From Pseudomonadota bacterium (GTDB taxonomy: Bacteria > Pseudomonadota > Gammaproteobacteria > Enterobacterales > Alteromonadaceae): DNA of 64,000 nucleotides. The notes under the pieces were generated by a model. The model worked only from the letters and a program-made list of their open reading frames with translations, was not told the origin of the DNA and did no database searches. Positions within the stretch are counted from its first letter, which is position 1, and each line of letters starts with the position of its first letter. This document shows, piece after piece, positions 17,224 to 33,793 of the stretch. The stretch lies in assembly GCA_051747845.1 (NCBI GenBank), contig JBNJGQ010000001.1:5970-69969 (forward strand), written 5' to 3'. A program made the translations under genes and the position numbers.

Positions 17224-19305
17224 GTGGCGGTAAAAGGGCTGCAGCACATTCCACTGACGGTACTGAAAGGCGTGGGCGAAAAGGTTGCGATTAAGCTGCG
17301 CAAGCTGGGCTTAGCCTCTATCAGTGATGCACTTTTGCATCTGCCGCTTCGGTACGAGGACCGTACCCAGGTCAGTGACGTTGCAAATTTGCGTGCGGGT
17401 GTGGCGACCAATGTTCTGGTGATTGTACGGCACGCTGACATCAAGTACGGTCGTAAGCGCATGCTGATTTGTCAGGCCAGTGACGAAACGGGCAGTATCA
17501 GTCTGCGCTTTTTTCAATTCAGCGCCGCTCAGTTAAAACAATTTTCTCAGGGCACCCATTTATTAGCTTTTGGTGAAGTGCGCCGTGGCATGACGGGCTG
17601 GGAGATGATCCACCCGGAATACCGAGTGGTCAAAGCGGGGGAGCCATTGACTATGCAGGAGACCCTGACGCCGGTCTACCCAATGACAGAAGGTGTGACT
17701 CAAGGGTTATTGCGTAAAATCATCGAGCAGGCACTAACTTACCTTCAGCCCGGCTCTGTACCCGAGCTTTTGCCGGAAAACTTAAGGCCTCATCAACTTT
17801 CTCTGGAGCAGGCCATTCTGACTCTGCACCGGCCACCGGTAGATGTTCCTCTGGCCCTACTGGAGCAAGGGGAGCATCCGGCGCAGCAGCGGCTGGCATC
17901 GGAAGAACTGATTGCGCATCAGTTAAGTTTATTGCAATTGAGACAGTCCCGGCAGGCTCAGGCGGGCTTTACCATAAAAGGCAATGGCGCGTTACAAGAG
18001 GCATTTTTAAAGCAGTTACCGTTTTCACCTACTGGCGCGCAGGCAAGAGTGGTGAAAGAAATTACCAGCGATATGGCGCGAGGCCAGCCAATGATGCGGT
18101 TAGTGCAGGGTGATGTTGGCTCGGGCAAGACTCTGGTCGCTGCGCTCAGTGCCCTGGCCGCGATTGAAGCCGGATACCAGGTGGCTTTAATGGCACCAAC
18201 CGAGCTTTTGTCTGAACAGCATGCTATTACCTTTAGCCAGTGGTTGATGCCACTTGGCATTCATGTCGCTTGGTTGAGCGGTAAATCGAAAGGTAAGTCC
18301 CGTCAGGAATTACTGACACAGTTAAAGCAAGGTGATATCCAATTACTGGTTGGTACCCATGCGCTGTTTCAGGCGGATGTTGAGTATCAGCGCCTGGCAT
18401 TGGTTATTATTGACGAACAGCACCGCTTTGGTGTGCATCAACGGTTACAATTACGTGAAAAAGGCGTTCAGGCCGGAGTGCACCCTCATCAATTGATTAT
18501 GACCGCAACGCCCATTCCGCGAACATTAGCTATGACAGCCTATGCGGACCTTGCCACTTCGGTAATTGATGAACTACCACCAGGTCGTACACCGGTGACC
18601 ACGGTTGCCATTCCGGATACCCGGCGGGAACAGATAGTGGAACGTGTGCGTGAGGTCTGCGCCACTGAGGGGCGGCAGGCTTATTGGGTGTGTACGCTTA
18701 TTGAAGAGTCGGATGTACTTGAATGTCAGGCGGCAGAAGACACCGCGAACGATCTGCAGGAACAACTGCCGGGCTTAAGTATTGGGCTGGTACATGGCCG
18801 GCTCAAGCACGAACAGAAAGAGCAGGTGATGCAGGCGTTTAAGTCTGGCGATATTGACTTATTGGTTGCAACGACTGTCATAGAGGTTGGAGTGGATGTT
18901 CCCAATGCGTCGCTGATGATCATTGAGAACCCGGAGCGGCTGGGCTTGGCTCAGTTGCACCAGTTGCGCGGACGGGTTGGCCGGGGTTCGGTTGCCAGTC
19001 ATTGCGTGCTGCTGTATCACAGCCCGTTGTCGCAAACTGCACAGCAGCGGCTGGGGGTTTTACGCGAAAGTAACGACGGCTTTGTGATTGCGCAGCGTGA
19101 TTTGGAAATTAGGGGGCCGGGTGAATTGCTGGGTCATCGGCAGACCGGGTTAGCCGAGTTGAAAGTGGCTGACTTAGAGCGCGATGAAGCGCTAATACCA
19201 GAAGCCCAAAATATTGCTCAGCACGTATTAGAGCACTACCCACAAAGCGCTGAAGCGCTAATTGAGCGCTGGTTACCACGTCGTGACCACTATGCTCAGG
19301 TGTGA
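17224..19305 (+). CDS. recG: ATP-dependent DNA helicase RecG
   Basis: QGDVGSGKT, DEQHRFG, MTATPIPR, QLRGRVGRG. Confidence 0.98.
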   Translation: MAVKGLQHIPLTVLKGVGEKVAIKLRKLGLASISDALLHLPLRYEDRTQVSDVANLRAGVATNVLVIVRHADIKYGRKRMLICQASDETGSISLRFFQFSAAQLKQFSQGTHLLAFGEVRRGMTGWEMIHPEYRVVKAGEPLTMQETLTPVYPMTEGVTQGLLRKIIEQALTYLQPGSVPELLPENLRPHQLSLEQAILTLHRPPVDVPLALLEQGEHPAQQRLASEELIAHQLSLLQLRQSRQAQAGFTIKGNGALQEAFLKQLPFSPTGAQARVVKEITSDMARGQPMMRLVQGDVGSGKTLVAALSALAAIEAGYQVALMAPTELLSEQHAITFSQWLMPLGIHVAWLSGKSKGKSRQELLTQLKQGDIQLLVGTHALFQADVEYQRLALVIIDEQHRFGVHQRLQLREKGVQAGVHPHQLIMTATPIPRTLAMTAYADLATSVIDELPPGRTPVTTVAIPDTRREQIVERVREVCATEGRQAYWVCTLIEESDVLECQAAEDTANDLQEQLPGLSIGLVHGRLKHEQKEQVMQAFKSGDIDLLVATTVIEVGVDVPNASLMIIENPERLGLAQLHQLRGRVGRGSVASHCVLLYHSPLSQTAQQRLGVLRESNDGFVIAQRDLEIRGPGELLGHRQTGLAELKVADLERDEALIPEAQNIAQHVLEHYPQSAEALIERWLPRRDHYAQV

Positions 19306-19346
19306 TCATCAAGTACACTAGTACAAAATCAGTTCGGGATAGTTAA

Positions 19347-20102
19347 ATGAACGATAAAAACGAAGAATCCATTGATTTCGGGTATCAAAAAGTTGCCCGC
19401 AGTCAGAAGAAAAGCCTGGTTGCTGATGTCTTTCAATCAGTAGCGGCAAAATACGATGTGATGAACGACTTAATGTCGTTTGGCATTCACCGTTTATGGA
19501 AACGTTACACCATTGACTGCAGTGGTGTCCGCCGCGGTATGAAAGTATTGGATATCGCCGGTGGAACCGGTGATTTAACCGCTCAATTCTCACGCCGTGT
19601 CGGTGCTGAGGGCGAAGTTGTACTGGCTGATATTAACGACGCCATGCTAAAAGTCGGTCGAGATAAACTGCGCGACAGTGGCGTTATCGGCAATGTCCGT
19701 TATGTGCAGGCTGATGCCGAAGAGCTTCCGTTTGATGATAATACGTTCGATGTAATAACCATTGCCTTCGGTTTACGCAATGTGACAGACAAAGACAAAG
19801 CGCTACGTTCTATGTTGCGGGTGCTGAAACCGGGTGGACGCGTATTAATTCTTGAGTTTTCTAAGCCGGTATCGGCTACTTTAAACCAAGTGTACGACTT
19901 CTATTCATTCAACATTTTGCCGAAAATGGGACAGGTTGTTGCTAACGATGCTGACAGCTACCAATATTTGGCGGAGTCTATCCGTATGCATCCGGATCAG
20001 GAGACATTGAAGTCAATGATGAGCGATGCCGGGTACGAAAAAGTCGATTACCAGAATATGACAGGCGGCGTGGTTGCGCTGCACCGAGGGTATAAGTTCT
20101 GA
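19347..20102 (+). CDS. ubiE: Ubiquinone/menaquinone C-methyltransferase
   Basis: [35 protein letters not shown]. Confidence 0.98.
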   Translation: MNDKNEESIDFGYQKVARSQKKSLVADVFQSVAAKYDVMNDLMSFGIHRLWKRYTIDCSGVRRGMKVLDIAGGTGDLTAQFSRRVGAEGEVVLADINDAMLKVGRDKLRDSGVIGNVRYVQADAEELPFDDNTFDVITIAFGLRNVTDKDKALRSMLRVLKPGGRVLILEFSKPVSATLNQVYDFYSFNILPKMGQVVANDADSYQYLAESIRMHPDQETLKSMMSDAGYEKVDYQNMTGGVVALHRGYKF

Positions 20103-20707
20103 TGACGCTATTACCACTTATTCCAACTTTGTTGGTCGAAAAGGTAGCGAATAATCTGCTGCACCGTGATCCGGAATCGGTGGAGCGTCTGCAGCGTCTG
20201 GATGGCAAGCGGCTGCGTTTTCATTTGAAAGAACTGCCTTTTGAAGTCACCGTGAGTGTGGACACCCACGGTGTGCAGCTCAGTACTTCGGATGAGAGCG
20301 AAGTGGACTGCCGAATTGCAACAGAAATGGGTGTACTGCCTGAGCTTCAGGATACAGCCAACCTGACGCGACTGATCAAAGCGGATTTATTGGATATTGA
20401 TGGCGACCCCATGCTGGCGCAACAGGTGGTGAGCCTGTTTAAGTCGTTAAACGTTGATTGGGAAGCTGAATTGGCGAAGAGCATAGGTGATGTTCCCGCA
20501 CACTGGTTGGGTAAGCTTTGGCGACGCAGCCGCGAGCAGGTAAAAACACAATGGCAACAGCAGCAGCGCTGGGTCCATGGTGTGCTAACTGAAGAGAAAA
20601 AACTATTACCGGTAAGAGCTGAATTTGACCAGTTTAAAACCGATTTACAACAGCTGCGGGCTCAAGTCGAGCGCCTTGAACGTCAGTGTCGTGAGAAGAA
20701 GGGTTAA
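20102..20707 (+). CDS. ubiJ: Ubiquinone biosynthesis accessory factor (SCP2 domain)
   Basis: SCP2-like fold, [15 protein letters not shown], coiled C-terminus; between ubiE and ubiB. Confidence 0.9.
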   Translation: MTLLPLIPTLLVEKVANNLLHRDPESVERLQRLDGKRLRFHLKELPFEVTVSVDTHGVQLSTSDESEVDCRIATEMGVLPELQDTANLTRLIKADLLDIDGDPMLAQQVVSLFKSLNVDWEAELAKSIGDVPAHWLGKLWRRSREQVKTQWQQQQRWVHGVLTEEKKLLPVRAEFDQFKTDLQQLRAQVERLERQCREKKG

Positions 20708-22371
20708 TGATGCGGACGCGTCGCTTTTACAAAATTACCAAAACACTACTGAGCTATGGGTTAGATGATCTCATCCCCGCACGTTGGTTGCCCTGGACCA
20801 TTCGTTTAGGTCGTCATGCGTTGTTCTGGCTGCCAAACAAGCATAAAGACAAACCTGCCGGTGTGCGTTTAAGACTGGCTCTTGAAGAGCTGGGGCCGGT
20901 GTGGGTTAAGTTTGGTCAAATGCTTTCAACCCGCCGCGACCTATTACCGCCTGATATTGCGATTGAACTGGCACGCCTGCAGGATAAAGTACCTCCTTTC
21001 GACGGTCATGCCGCGCAGCGTATTATCGAAAAGTCCTTAGGTTTACAGAGTATTAATGACTGTTTTACTGATTTTGACACGACACCTTTAGCGTCGGCCT
21101 CAATTGCTCAGGTGCACACCGGAAAACTGAAGAAAAGAGACGGTGAGTTAACGGATATTGTCATAAAGGTTATTCGTCCGGATATTCGTGAAACTATTAA
21201 TGCCGATCTGGAGCTGATGGAAACTCTGGCGTCGGTAGCTGCGCACCATTTACCGGACGGGCGGCGCTTAAAACCTAAAGAGGTGGTTAAAGAATATCGG
21301 AAAACCTTGCTCGATGAGCTGGACCTAATGCGTGAAGCAGGTAACGCAATACAGCTAAAACGCAACTTTGAAAATTCAGACATGCTTTATATTCCGGTGG
21401 TTTACAGTGACTACAGTCGCCACAACGTGATGGTTATGGAGCGTATTGACGGTATTCCGGTAAGCGACATTGCTACTCTGCAAGCTCGTGGTGTAGATAT
21501 GAAAAAGCTGGCCGAACGGGGCGTTGAGGTCTTTTTCACTCAGGTATTTCGCGACAGTTTCTTCCACGCTGACATGCACCCGGGTAATATTTTTGTGGCG
21601 AAAGATGACCCGAGAAACCCGCGTTATATCGGTATTGATTTTGGTATTGTCGGAACCCTTAACCGCGACGACAAACGCTATTTAGCCGAAAACTTCCTGG
21701 CATTCTTTAACCGCGATTACCGCAAAGTTGCGGAGCTGCATGTTGACTCAGGTTGGGTACCCAAACATACCAATATTGAAGAGTTTGAATCTGCCATAAG
21801 AACGGTTTGTGAGCCTATTTTTGAAAAGCCGTTGGCGGAAATTTCTTTCGGACATGTGCTGATCAATTTATTTAATACGGCGCGGCGCTTCGAGATGGAA
21901 GTGCAGCCGCAGTTGGTTTTACTGCAAAAAACGTTATTGTACATTGAAGGTTTGGGTCGTCAGCTTTACCCGGAACTGGACTTGTGGAAGACCGCTAAAC
22001 CATTCCTCGAGCGTTGGATGAATGAGCAACTGGGCTGGCGGGCTATTGTCCGGTCGGTGAAAGAGAACGCGCCGTACTGGGCTGAGAAATTGCCCGAAAT
22101 GCCAATGATGCTGTATGAAAACTTACGTCAGCAACACAATATTGATGAACGAGAACGGCAACTGCGCAGGCAACAGCTTTTAACTCAGAAGCAGGCCTCA
22201 ACCTCTCTGTTCTGGACAGTATTAACCGGCAGCGGTTTAATCTGCACGACATTACTTTGGAACCAGTCGGAGTTATCCGAGGTTACTATTGGTTCCGGGG
22301 TTGTCACTGTTGTTCTGGGAATTATGGCCTGGCGTACCCGGCCTAAAACAAAAAATAGTGAACTTATTTAA
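20707..22371 (+). CDS. ubiB: Ubiquinone biosynthesis kinase-like protein
   Basis: [42 protein letters not shown]. Confidence 0.97.
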   Translation: MMRTRRFYKITKTLLSYGLDDLIPARWLPWTIRLGRHALFWLPNKHKDKPAGVRLRLALEELGPVWVKFGQMLSTRRDLLPPDIAIELARLQDKVPPFDGHAAQRIIEKSLGLQSINDCFTDFDTTPLASASIAQVHTGKLKKRDGELTDIVIKVIRPDIRETINADLELMETLASVAAHHLPDGRRLKPKEVVKEYRKTLLDELDLMREAGNAIQLKRNFENSDMLYIPVVYSDYSRHNVMVMERIDGIPVSDIATLQARGVDMKKLAERGVEVFFTQVFRDSFFHADMHPGNIFVAKDDPRNPRYIGIDFGIVGTLNRDDKRYLAENFLAFFNRDYRKVAELHVDSGWVPKHTNIEEFESAIRTVCEPIFEKPLAEISFGHVLINLFNTARRFEMEVQPQLVLLQKTLLYIEGLGRQLYPELDLWKTAKPFLERWMNEQLGWRAIVRSVKENAPYWAEKLPEMPMMLYENLRQQHNIDERERQLRRQQLLTQKQASTSLFWTVLTGSGLICTTLLWNQSELSEVTIGSGVVTVVLGIMAWRTRPKTKNSELI

Positions 22372-22391
22372 CGTAAACGATAGGAAATAAA

Positions 22392-22616
22392 ATGGGTATA
22401 TCACCTTGGCAGCTCCTCATACTGTTAGTCATTGTTGTCTTGCTGTTCGGCACCAAGCGTCTTCGCAATCTGGGTTCAGACCTGGGGAATGCGGTAAAGG
22501 GCTTTAAAAAGTCCATGGGCGATGAAGCGGACTCGAAAGATAAAGATGATGACTCGCTGCAACACAAAGAAGAACATGACGACAAGTCAGATTCGGATAA
22601 AACCGGGAAGTCGTAA
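22392..22616 (+). CDS. tatA: Twin-arginine translocase TatA
   Basis: [24 protein letters not shown]. Confidence 0.96.
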   Translation: MGISPWQLLILLVIVVLLFGTKRLRNLGSDLGNAVKGFKKSMGDEADSKDKDDDSLQHKEEHDDKSDSDKTGKS

Positions 22617-22967
22617 ATGTTCGATATTGGTTTCTGGGAGTTATTGCTTATAGCGATAGTCGGCTTGCTAGTGCTTGGCCCCGAGCGCTTGCCGTCAGCT
22701 ATTCGTGGCTTTCAGAGAACCTTATCTGGTATCAGGCAATATTCGCAAAAAGTGCAAAGTGAGCTTGATAACGAACTGCGTATAAAAGAATTGCACGAGC
22801 ATTTAAAAAAAGCTGAAAGTCAGGATTTGGAAAATTTAAGCCCGGAGCTGCAGCGATCGCTGGTCGAACTAAGAAACGCGGCAGCCGATGTTCAGCGGCC
22901 TTACTCAAAAGCAAAGCCTGAACCTGAAGACAAGCCAAAAACGGACACGGATAAAGGTGCAGAATGA
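22617..22967 (+). CDS. tatB: Twin-arginine translocase TatB
   Basis: [17 protein letters not shown]. Confidence 0.96.
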   Translation: MFDIGFWELLLIAIVGLLVLGPERLPSAIRGFQRTLSGIRQYSQKVQSELDNELRIKELHEHLKKAESQDLENLSPELQRSLVELRNAAADVQRPYSKAKPEPEDKPKTDTDKGAE

Positions 22968-23698
22968 GTGACTCGCCTTTATTAGACCACTTACTTGAAC
23001 TGAGAAACCGGTTACTGCGCTCTATACTGGTAATTCTGTTGGTTTTTGCTTCACTGGCTTACTTTGCCAATGATATTTACCATTTTGTTGCACAACCTTT
23101 GCTCAGTAACATGCCGTTAGGCACGCAAATGATAGCGACAGACGTCGCCGCCCCCTTTTTCACACCCTTTAAATTAACTTTGGTCGTAGCCTTAGCGCTG
23201 GCGGTTCCTTATTTATTATGGCAAGTCTGGGGGTTTATTGCGCCGGGCTTGTATGGACGTGAGAAGCGCTTAGTCATTCCGCTTTTGGCTACCAGTACCT
23301 TGCTTTTTTATGCCGGCATTGCTTTTGCTTATTTTGTGGTTTTACCCATTGCCATGGCGTTTTTTACTGGAGCTGCACCTGAGGGTGTTACGGTTGCCAC
23401 GGACATATCCCGTTACCTCGACTTTGTTTTAGCTATTTTCGTCGCTTTTGGTATTGCGTTTGAGACTCCGGTTGCCATTATGCTGCTTATTTGGACCGGA
23501 ACCTGTAGCCGCGAGTCGCTAGCGAAAAAACGGCCTTATATTATTGTTGGCGCTTTTGCTATTGGCATGTTGCTAACCCCTCCGGATGTCATTTCTCAAA
23601 CGTTATTAGCTATACCGATGTGGTTATTATTTGAATTAGGTTTACAAGTCAGCCGCTGGTATACGCCGGGTAAACAGGAAGAAGACGATGTGGTTTGA
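22964..23698 (+). CDS. tatC: Twin-arginine translocase TatC
   Basis: [26 protein letters not shown]. Confidence 0.97.
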   Translation: MSDSPLLDHLLELRNRLLRSILVILLVFASLAYFANDIYHFVAQPLLSNMPLGTQMIATDVAAPFFTPFKLTLVVALALAVPYLLWQVWGFIAPGLYGREKRLVIPLLATSTLLFYAGIAFAYFVVLPIAMAFFTGAAPEGVTVATDISRYLDFVLAIFVAFGIAFETPVAIMLLIWTGTCSRESLAKKRPYIIVGAFAIGMLLTPPDVISQTLLAIPMWLLFELGLQVSRWYTPGKQEEDDVV

Positions 23699-24471
23699 TG
23701 CTGGCGTCAATTTAACCAATAAGCGACTGCTGAAGGACCTGGAGGGCGTTATGCTGAGGGCCCAACAGGCAGATGTGCGAAAGCAACTGATCATATCAAC
23801 CTCTATTGAGGAAGCCGAACAGGCGGTTGAGTTGTGTGAGCAGTACCCGGAGCAACTGTTAATGACTGTGGGTATTCATCCTCATGACGCAGGTGAAGCT
23901 CCGGCAGACTGTAAGCAGAAATTGAAAGAGATAGCCCTGCACCCTGGTGTCGTTGCGATAGGCGAATGCGGCCTTGATTTTAACCGTAATTACTCTCCCC
24001 GGCCCGAGCAGGAAGCCGTGTTTGTTGCGCAAATTGAGCTGGCTAATGAGCTCAATCTACCGTTATATTTGCACGAACGTGATGCCATTGACCGACAAAT
24101 TGAGCTGCTTAACCAATACTGTGCTGATAAAACGTTATGCTTAACGCATTGCTTTACAGGCGGTGCTGATGAACTGAAACGCTATGCCGAGCGAGGCCAC
24201 TGGTTTGGCATTACTGGTTGGCTGTGTGATGACCGGCGGAATCAGGAACTGGTAGCGGCGCTGCCTCATTTACCACTCGACAGATTGGTTTTAGAAACTG
24301 ATGCGCCGTTTTTATTGCCCAGAGGCATTAAACCGCGGCCTAAGATGAACGAGCCTGCGTTGTTACCTGTTATAGGCGAAACGTTGGCGAAGCATCTGCA
24401 GATATCAACGCAAAAGTTGGCTGAATTAACCTACGCAAATACTGAGCACTTTTTCGGCCTGGGAGAACCAA

Positions 24472-24479
<8 letters not shown>
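23688..24479 (+). CDS. tatD: TatD-family nuclease
   Basis: [29 protein letters not shown]. Confidence 0.93.
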
Positions 24480-28198
<3,719 letters not shown>

Positions 28199-28199
28199 A

Positions 28200-29477
28200 T
28201 TACGACGCGTTGCGCGGTGGTCCTGAGCGACGACCACGAGGCTTACCTTTGCCTCCGCCGGAGTTATGGCGGCGGCGACGTTGTACAGGACGAGGACGTC
28301 TTAAGTCGGACAATAAAGCGTCAGGGTCGTACTTGGTTACCGGAATTGTATGACCAATGTAGTCTTCAATAGCCGGTAAGTTGTAAACGTACTCCTCGCA
28401 CGCCAGGCTTATTGCAGCGCCACTGGCTCCGGCACGGCCGGTACGACCTATACGATGAACATAGTCTTCGCAGTCGTCAGGCAGGTCGAAGTTATACACA
28501 TGCGTTACTTCGGGAATATGCAGACCACGTGCCGCGACATCGGTTGCGACTAAAAAGTCGAGTTTACCCTCGGCAAAGTCTTCCAGAATGCGTAAGCGTT
28601 TCTTCTGCGGCACATCACCGGTGAGCAGGCCTGCGCGGTGTTCATTTGCTACCAGCCAGCCGTGTACTTTCTCGCAACCATGCTTGGTATTGGCGAAAAC
28701 AATGGCTTTATCCGGCCAGTCTTCCTCAATAAGCGTAAGCAATAACGGGAATTTCTCTGGCTTAGAGGGGTAGAACAACTCTTCGGTGACCCGTGTCGCG
28801 GTTTTTTGCGACGGTTCAACTTCAAGCTTAGTTGGTGCATTCATGTGCTCGTAGGCAAGCTCCTGCACGCGATAAGAGAGTGTCGCCGAAAACAGAAGAT
28901 TTAAGCGCTTGGTCGGTTCCGGCATTTTCTGCAACAAATAACGAATGTCATCGATAAAACCGAGATCAAACATGCGATCAGCTTCATCCAGAACCACAAC
29001 TTCAATGTCGTTGAGACTGAACAGGCCTTGCTTATAAAAGTCGATAAGTCGGCCTGTGGTACCAACCAGTATGTCGGGTTGTGAGGCTAGCTGCTCTTTT
29101 TGACCTTCGTAACCTTCGCCACCGTAGATAACGCCCATTTTCAAACCACAATGTTCGATAAGGGCATCGGCGTCATGCGCTATCTGAATAGCCAGTTCGC
29201 GAGTAGGAGCCATAATGAGTGCACGCGGCCCCGATTCTGTTTTTTCGGACGATTCGTTCTGCATTAAGCGGTTGAAAGTAGCCAGCAGAAATGCCAAGGT
29301 CTTTCCTGTACCTGTCTGGGCTTGGCCAGCAACATCTCGCTCAGAGAGAGCAACAGGCAGACTTAACGCCTGAATTGGAGTACAATACTCGAATCCGGCA
29401 CTGGATATTGCTTGCTGGATTTTGGGGTGAAGCGCCAAATCAGCAAAGCGAGTTTCTGTAAGATGTGTTTTAGTCAT
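28200..29477 (-). CDS. rhlB: DEAD-box RNA helicase RhlB
   Basis: [30 protein letters not shown]; divergent from trxA. Confidence 0.97.
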   Translation of the reverse strand: MTKTHLTETRFADLALHPKIQQAISSAGFEYCTPIQALSLPVALSERDVAGQAQTGTGKTLAFLLATFNRLMQNESSEKTESGPRALIMAPTRELAIQIAHDADALIEHCGLKMGVIYGGEGYEGQKEQLASQPDILVGTTGRLIDFYKQGLFSLNDIEVVVLDEADRMFDLGFIDDIRYLLQKMPEPTKRLNLLFSATLSYRVQELAYEHMNAPTKLEVEPSQKTATRVTEELFYPSKPEKFPLLLTLIEEDWPDKAIVFANTKHGCEKVHGWLVANEHRAGLLTGDVPQKKRLRILEDFAEGKLDFLVATDVAARGLHIPEVTHVYNFDLPDDCEDYVHRIGRTGRAGASGAAISLACEEYVYNLPAIEDYIGHTIPVTKYDPDALLSDLRRPRPVQRRRRHNSGGGKGKPRGRRSGPPRNAS

Positions 29478-29568
29478 AAGTTATAAGCATATCAGTTTGC
29501 GCTTGTATTCAAAAACAGAAATAATACTATTCTAATATTTCCACGCGAAGAAAGTAGCGGAGAGTACC

Positions 29569-29895
29569 ATGAGTGACGCAATAGTTCAGCTAAGTGATGA
29601 CAGTTTTGATGCTGATGTCATTAATTCCGATAAACCCGTATTAGTCGACTTTTGGGCTGAATGGTGTGGACCATGTAAAATGGTAGCGCCTATTCTTGAT
29701 GACATTGCCAGCGAATATGCTGACAAATTGGTTATCGGCAAGCTGAATGTCGACCACAATGAACAAACACCACCTAAGTACAACATTCGTGGCATACCAA
29801 CGTTGTTGTTGTTTAAAGGCGGTGAAGTTGTTGGAACTAAAGTGGGCGCATTATCTCGTGCTCAATTAACCGAGTTCCTTGAGCAGCATATTTAA
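29569..29895 (+). CDS. trxA: Thioredoxin 1
   Basis: WCGPC; upstream of rho. Confidence 0.98.
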   Translation: MSDAIVQLSDDSFDADVINSDKPVLVDFWAEWCGPCKMVAPILDDIASEYADKLVIGKLNVDHNEQTPPKYNIRGIPTLLLFKGGEVVGTKVGALSRAQLTEFLEQHI

Positions 29896-29902
29896 TGATT
29901 GT

Positions 29903-29932
29903 CAAAAAGCGGCGCGTTATGCGCCGTTTTTG
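29903..29932 (+). terminator. Intrinsic terminator after trxA
   Basis: CAAAAAGCGGCGC-GTTAT-GCGCCGTTTTTG hairpin with U-tract. Confidence 0.75.
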
Positions 29933-30144
29933 TTGAGAAAACTGGACGGATTGCTTTTTTGGTGATAACTTCTGCTCATTAACTGTTCATACGGGTTCAC
30001 CAACTCCACCGGTTAGCCTGTTTTAAAATGAAACTTCTGTTTCTGGTTTCGCACTTCGCGAATTCCGAAAGTTCCAATTGTTTTACTTTCTAGAGTCAAA
30101 TTAAAAAAGGCTTTGTGTTCAATCGATAACTCGAAAACCCTCCT

Positions 30145-31413
30145 ATGAATCTAACAGAACTTAAAGACAAACCCGTAAACGAGCTAGTTCAGCTCGCGGA
30201 CTCAATGGGCCTTGAGAATATGGCCCGCTTGCGCAAGCAAGACATCATTTTCGCTATTTTAAAAGCGCATGCTAAAAGTGGTGAAGACATTCACGGTGGC
30301 GGCGTGCTGGAAATTCTGCAGGATGGCTTCGGCTTCTTGCGTTCAGCCGACTCGTCTTACCTGGCTGGCCCGGATGATATTTACGTCTCCCCAAGCCAGA
30401 TTCGTCGCTTTAACCTGCGTACGGGTGACACTATCGGCGGGAAAATTCGCCCACCGAAAGACAGTGAACGTTATTTTGCCCTGCTGAAAATTCGCGAAGT
30501 TAACTTCGACAAGCCTGAAAACTCCCGCAATAAAATCTTATTTGAAAACTTAACGCCGCTACACGCGGAAGAGCGTTTTCACTTAGAGCGTGGTAACGGC
30601 AGTAAAGAAGATATCACTGCACGGGTGCTGGATTTATCAGCGCCTATCGGTAAAGGACAGCGTGGCCTTATTGTCGCGCCTCCTAAAGCTGGTAAAACCT
30701 TGCTACTGCAGAATATTGCGACTTCTATCGCGGCGAATCACCCCGATGCGGAACTGATTGTGCTGTTGATTGATGAGCGTCCGGAAGAAGTTACAGAAAT
30801 GCATCGATTGGTGCATGGTGAAGTGGTTGCTTCTACCTTTGATGAACCAGCGAGCCGTCACGTTCAGGTAGCGGAAATGGTTATCGAGAAAGCGAAACGC
30901 CTGGTTGAGCACAAAAAAGACGTGGTGATTTTGCTGGACTCAATTACTCGCCTTGCCCGTGCTTATAACACCGTTATTCCAAGCTCCGGTAAAGTATTAA
31001 CCGGTGGTGTTGATGCTAACGCATTGCACAAACCTAAGCGTTTCTTTGGTGCGGCCCGTAATGTGGAAGAAGGTGGTAGTTTAACCATTATTGCAACTGC
31101 TCTTATCGATACCGGTTCGAAAATGGATGAAGTCATCTACGAAGAGTTTAAAGGTACCGGTAACATGGAGCTGCACCTGAACCGTAAGTTGGCTGAACGT
31201 CGTGTGTTCCCGGCCATTGATTTCAACCGTTCAGGCACGCGTCGTGAAGAGTTGTTAACGACTCCGGACGAGCTGCAAAAAATGTGGATCCTGCGCAAAA
31301 TCATGCACCCAATGGGCGAAGTTGAGGCCATGGAGTTCTTGATCGACCGTCTGCAGATGACCAAAACCAATGACGAATTCTTCGAATCGATGAAACGTCA
31401 ACGCAACAGCTAA
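30145..31413 (+). CDS. rho: Transcription termination factor Rho
   Basis: [29 protein letters not shown]. Confidence 0.99.
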   Translation: MNLTELKDKPVNELVQLADSMGLENMARLRKQDIIFAILKAHAKSGEDIHGGGVLEILQDGFGFLRSADSSYLAGPDDIYVSPSQIRRFNLRTGDTIGGKIRPPKDSERYFALLKIREVNFDKPENSRNKILFENLTPLHAEERFHLERGNGSKEDITARVLDLSAPIGKGQRGLIVAPPKAGKTLLLQNIATSIAANHPDAELIVLLIDERPEEVTEMHRLVHGEVVASTFDEPASRHVQVAEMVIEKAKRLVEHKKDVVILLDSITRLARAYNTVIPSSGKVLTGGVDANALHKPKRFFGAARNVEEGGSLTIIATALIDTGSKMDEVIYEEFKGTGNMELHLNRKLAERRVFPAIDFNRSGTRREELLTTPDELQKMWILRKIMHPMGEVEAMEFLIDRLQMTKTNDEFFESMKRQRNS

Positions 31414-31420
31414 GTGGCGT

Positions 31421-32893
31421 ATGAAATATCAAGATCTGCGTGACTTTATCGCGCTCCTGGAGGAGCGCGGTGAACTTAAACGCATCCAACAAGAAATAGA
31501 CCCCTACCTCGAAATTACCGAAATATCCGACCGTACGTTAAAAGCACAAGGCCCTGCCTTATTGTTTGAAAACGTGAAAGGCCACGATATGCCGGTGTTA
31601 GCTAATTTATTTGGCACCCCCGACCGGGTGGCTTTAGGTATGGGTCAGGAGTCGGTTACTGCCTTACGTGATGTTGGTAAGCTCTTGGCGTTTTTGAAAG
31701 AGCCGGAGCCGCCTAAAGGTTTTCGCGACGCGTTGAATTTGCTGCCTAAGTACAAAAAAGTGCTGAGCATGTCGCCAAAAAGCATTAAAAAGGCGCCGTG
31801 TCAGCAAGTGATTATGAGCGGCGACGAGGTCGATCTAACCAAACTGCCTATTCAGCATTGCTGGCCGGGTGATGTTGCGCCTTTGGTTACCTGGGGTCTT
31901 ACCGTTACTCGAGGTCCGCATAAAGAACGCCAGAACTTAGGCATTTACCGCCAGCAACTTTTGGGGCCCAATAAACTGATCATGCGTTGGTTGTCGCACC
32001 GCGGTGGCGCGCTGGACTTTCAGGAGTGGTGCCAGCAACATCCGGGTGAAAAGTTCCCTGTGTCGGTAGCCTTAGGTGCTGACCCTGCAACCATTTTAGG
32101 TGCGGTAACACCGGTACCGGATAGCTTGTCTGAATACGCTTTTGCTGGTCTGCTGCGCGACAGCAAAACCGAAGTAACACAGTGCCTCAGTAATGACTTA
32201 CAAATACCGGCGCACGCCGAAATTATTCTGGAAGGTTATATTGAGCCTGGCGAAATGGCGCCGGAAGGGCCTTATGGCGACCATACCGGTTACTATAACG
32301 AAGTGGATGAGTTTCCGGTGTTTACCGTGACTCATGTGACTCACCGTAAAGACCCAATTTACCACAGCACTTATACCGGACGTCCGCCGGACGAGCCTGC
32401 AGTATTGGGCGTGGCTTTGAATGAAGTCTTTATTCCTCTGTTGCAAAAACAATTTCCGGAAATTGTGGATTTTTATTTGCCACCGGAAGGCTGTTCGTAC
32501 CGTTTGGCCGTAGTCACTATGAAGAAACAGTACTCGGGACATGCCAAGCGGGTGATGATGGGTGTCTGGTCGTTCCTTCGTCAGTTTATGTACACCAAGT
32601 TTGTGATTGTGTGCGACGACGATGTGAATGCACGTGACTGGAAAGACGTGATTTGGGCCATGACGACCCGAATGGATCCGGCACGCGATACCACTCTGGT
32701 TGAGAACACGCCAATTGATTACCTCGATTTTGCTTCTCCGGTGTCTGGTCTTGGATCAAAAATGGGAATGGATGCAACCAATAAGTGGCCAGGCGAAACT
32801 GACCGCGAATGGGGCGAGCCTATTGTCATGAGTGAAGATGTTAAGCAGCGTGTCGACGAGCTGTGGGACGAACTGAACATTATGGAGTCGTGA
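31421..32893 (+). CDS. ubiD: 4-hydroxy-3-polyprenylbenzoate decarboxylase
   Basis: [36 protein letters not shown]. Confidence 0.97.
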   Translation: MKYQDLRDFIALLEERGELKRIQQEIDPYLEITEISDRTLKAQGPALLFENVKGHDMPVLANLFGTPDRVALGMGQESVTALRDVGKLLAFLKEPEPPKGFRDALNLLPKYKKVLSMSPKSIKKAPCQQVIMSGDEVDLTKLPIQHCWPGDVAPLVTWGLTVTRGPHKERQNLGIYRQQLLGPNKLIMRWLSHRGGALDFQEWCQQHPGEKFPVSVALGADPATILGAVTPVPDSLSEYAFAGLLRDSKTEVTQCLSNDLQIPAHAEIILEGYIEPGEMAPEGPYGDHTGYYNEVDEFPVFTVTHVTHRKDPIYHSTYTGRPPDEPAVLGVALNEVFIPLLQKQFPEIVDFYLPPEGCSYRLAVVTMKKQYSGHAKRVMMGVWSFLRQFMYTKFVIVCDDDVNARDWKDVIWAMTTRMDPARDTTLVENTPIDYLDFASPVSGLGSKMGMDATNKWPGETDREWGEPIVMSEDVKQRVDELWDELNIMES

Positions 32894-33595
32894 ATGAGTC
32901 AACAAATGACCTGTAAAGCCGAAATTTCGCGCCAGTTGGCGGACGCTGTCTGGGAAGTGCGTTTGCAACTGCCGCAGCCGGTTGAGTTTAAAGCAGGCCA
33001 ATATCTGATGGTAGTCATGGGCGAAAGAGACAAACGGCCTTTTAGCATTGCGTCCTGTCCTTCAGATAAAAGTGAGTGGTTACTTCATGTTGGCGCTACT
33101 CCCGACAACAGCTACGCGATGGAAGTGTTGGATAAAGTTCGCGCCGACGGGGTATTAGAAGTTGATGCGCCGGACGGTACTGCATTTTATCGTCAGGAAA
33201 GTAACCAGCCCGCGGTTTTAATTGCTGGTGGTACAGGGTTTTCTTATGCCTATTCTATTTTGCAGCAGCATTTACGTCTGTCACCGGAGCGGCCATTAAG
33301 CCTCTATTGGGGGGCTAAAAGCTTAAATGACCTGTATTTGCATGAAAAGCTGGAGAGCCTGGCAGAGCAGTACGAGAACTTCGACTATCATCCGGTGGTT
33401 GAAGACGCTGCGGGTGACTGGCCTTATTCAATTGGCCTAGTACATCATGCGGTTATGGCGAGACAGAAAAACTTGTCGGACTGTGAGGTCTATATGGCCG
33501 GACGTTTTGAAATGGTGCGCGTTATTCGCGATGATTTTGTGGCTAAAGGCGTGCCGTTAGAGAATCTTTACGGCGATGCCCTTTCCTTTATTTAA
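32894..33595 (+). CDS. fre: NAD(P)H-flavin reductase
   Basis: FKAGQYL, RPFSIAS, LIAGGTGFSY, AGRFEM; follows ubiD. Confidence 0.92.
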   Translation: MSQQMTCKAEISRQLADAVWEVRLQLPQPVEFKAGQYLMVVMGERDKRPFSIASCPSDKSEWLLHVGATPDNSYAMEVLDKVRADGVLEVDAPDGTAFYRQESNQPAVLIAGGTGFSYAYSILQQHLRLSPERPLSLYWGAKSLNDLYLHEKLESLAEQYENFDYHPVVEDAAGDWPYSIGLVHHAVMARQKNLSDCEVYMAGRFEMVRVIRDDFVAKGVPLENLYGDALSFI

Positions 33596-33650
33596 TTGCA
33601 CGGAAAGTAAATTTGTTTAACGAATAAGCTGCGTTATACTGACGCCGCTT

Positions 33651-33732
33651 TACCAAGGGGTGCCGGCAACGGCTGAGATGCATTAGCGAACCCTTAAAAC
33701 CTGATCCGGTTAATACTGGCGTAGGGATGGTA
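33651..33732 (+). ncRNA. TPP (thi-box) riboswitch
   Basis: ACCA-AGGGGTGCC..GGCTGAGA..ACCCTT-AAAACCTGATCCGGTTAATACTGGCGTAGGGA-TGGT; downstream GGATCGTTTC (33759-33768) pairs with GAAATGATCC covering the SD. Confidence 0.95.
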
Positions 33733-33793
33733 GAAAACCCGTCTAATACAGCCTTACCGGATCGTTTCTGAACGAGTTTTGAGGAAATGATCC

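Noticed and set aside
28199-28237. Longer start for Ppx/GppA
   Set aside because: Lies within the rhlB 3' end; ATG 28198 directly after the rhlB stop is more plausible.
29935-30144. Long pyrimidine-rich rho leader as a novel ncRNA
   Set aside because: Explained by the established Rho-dependent autoregulatory leader; no distinctive structure seen.
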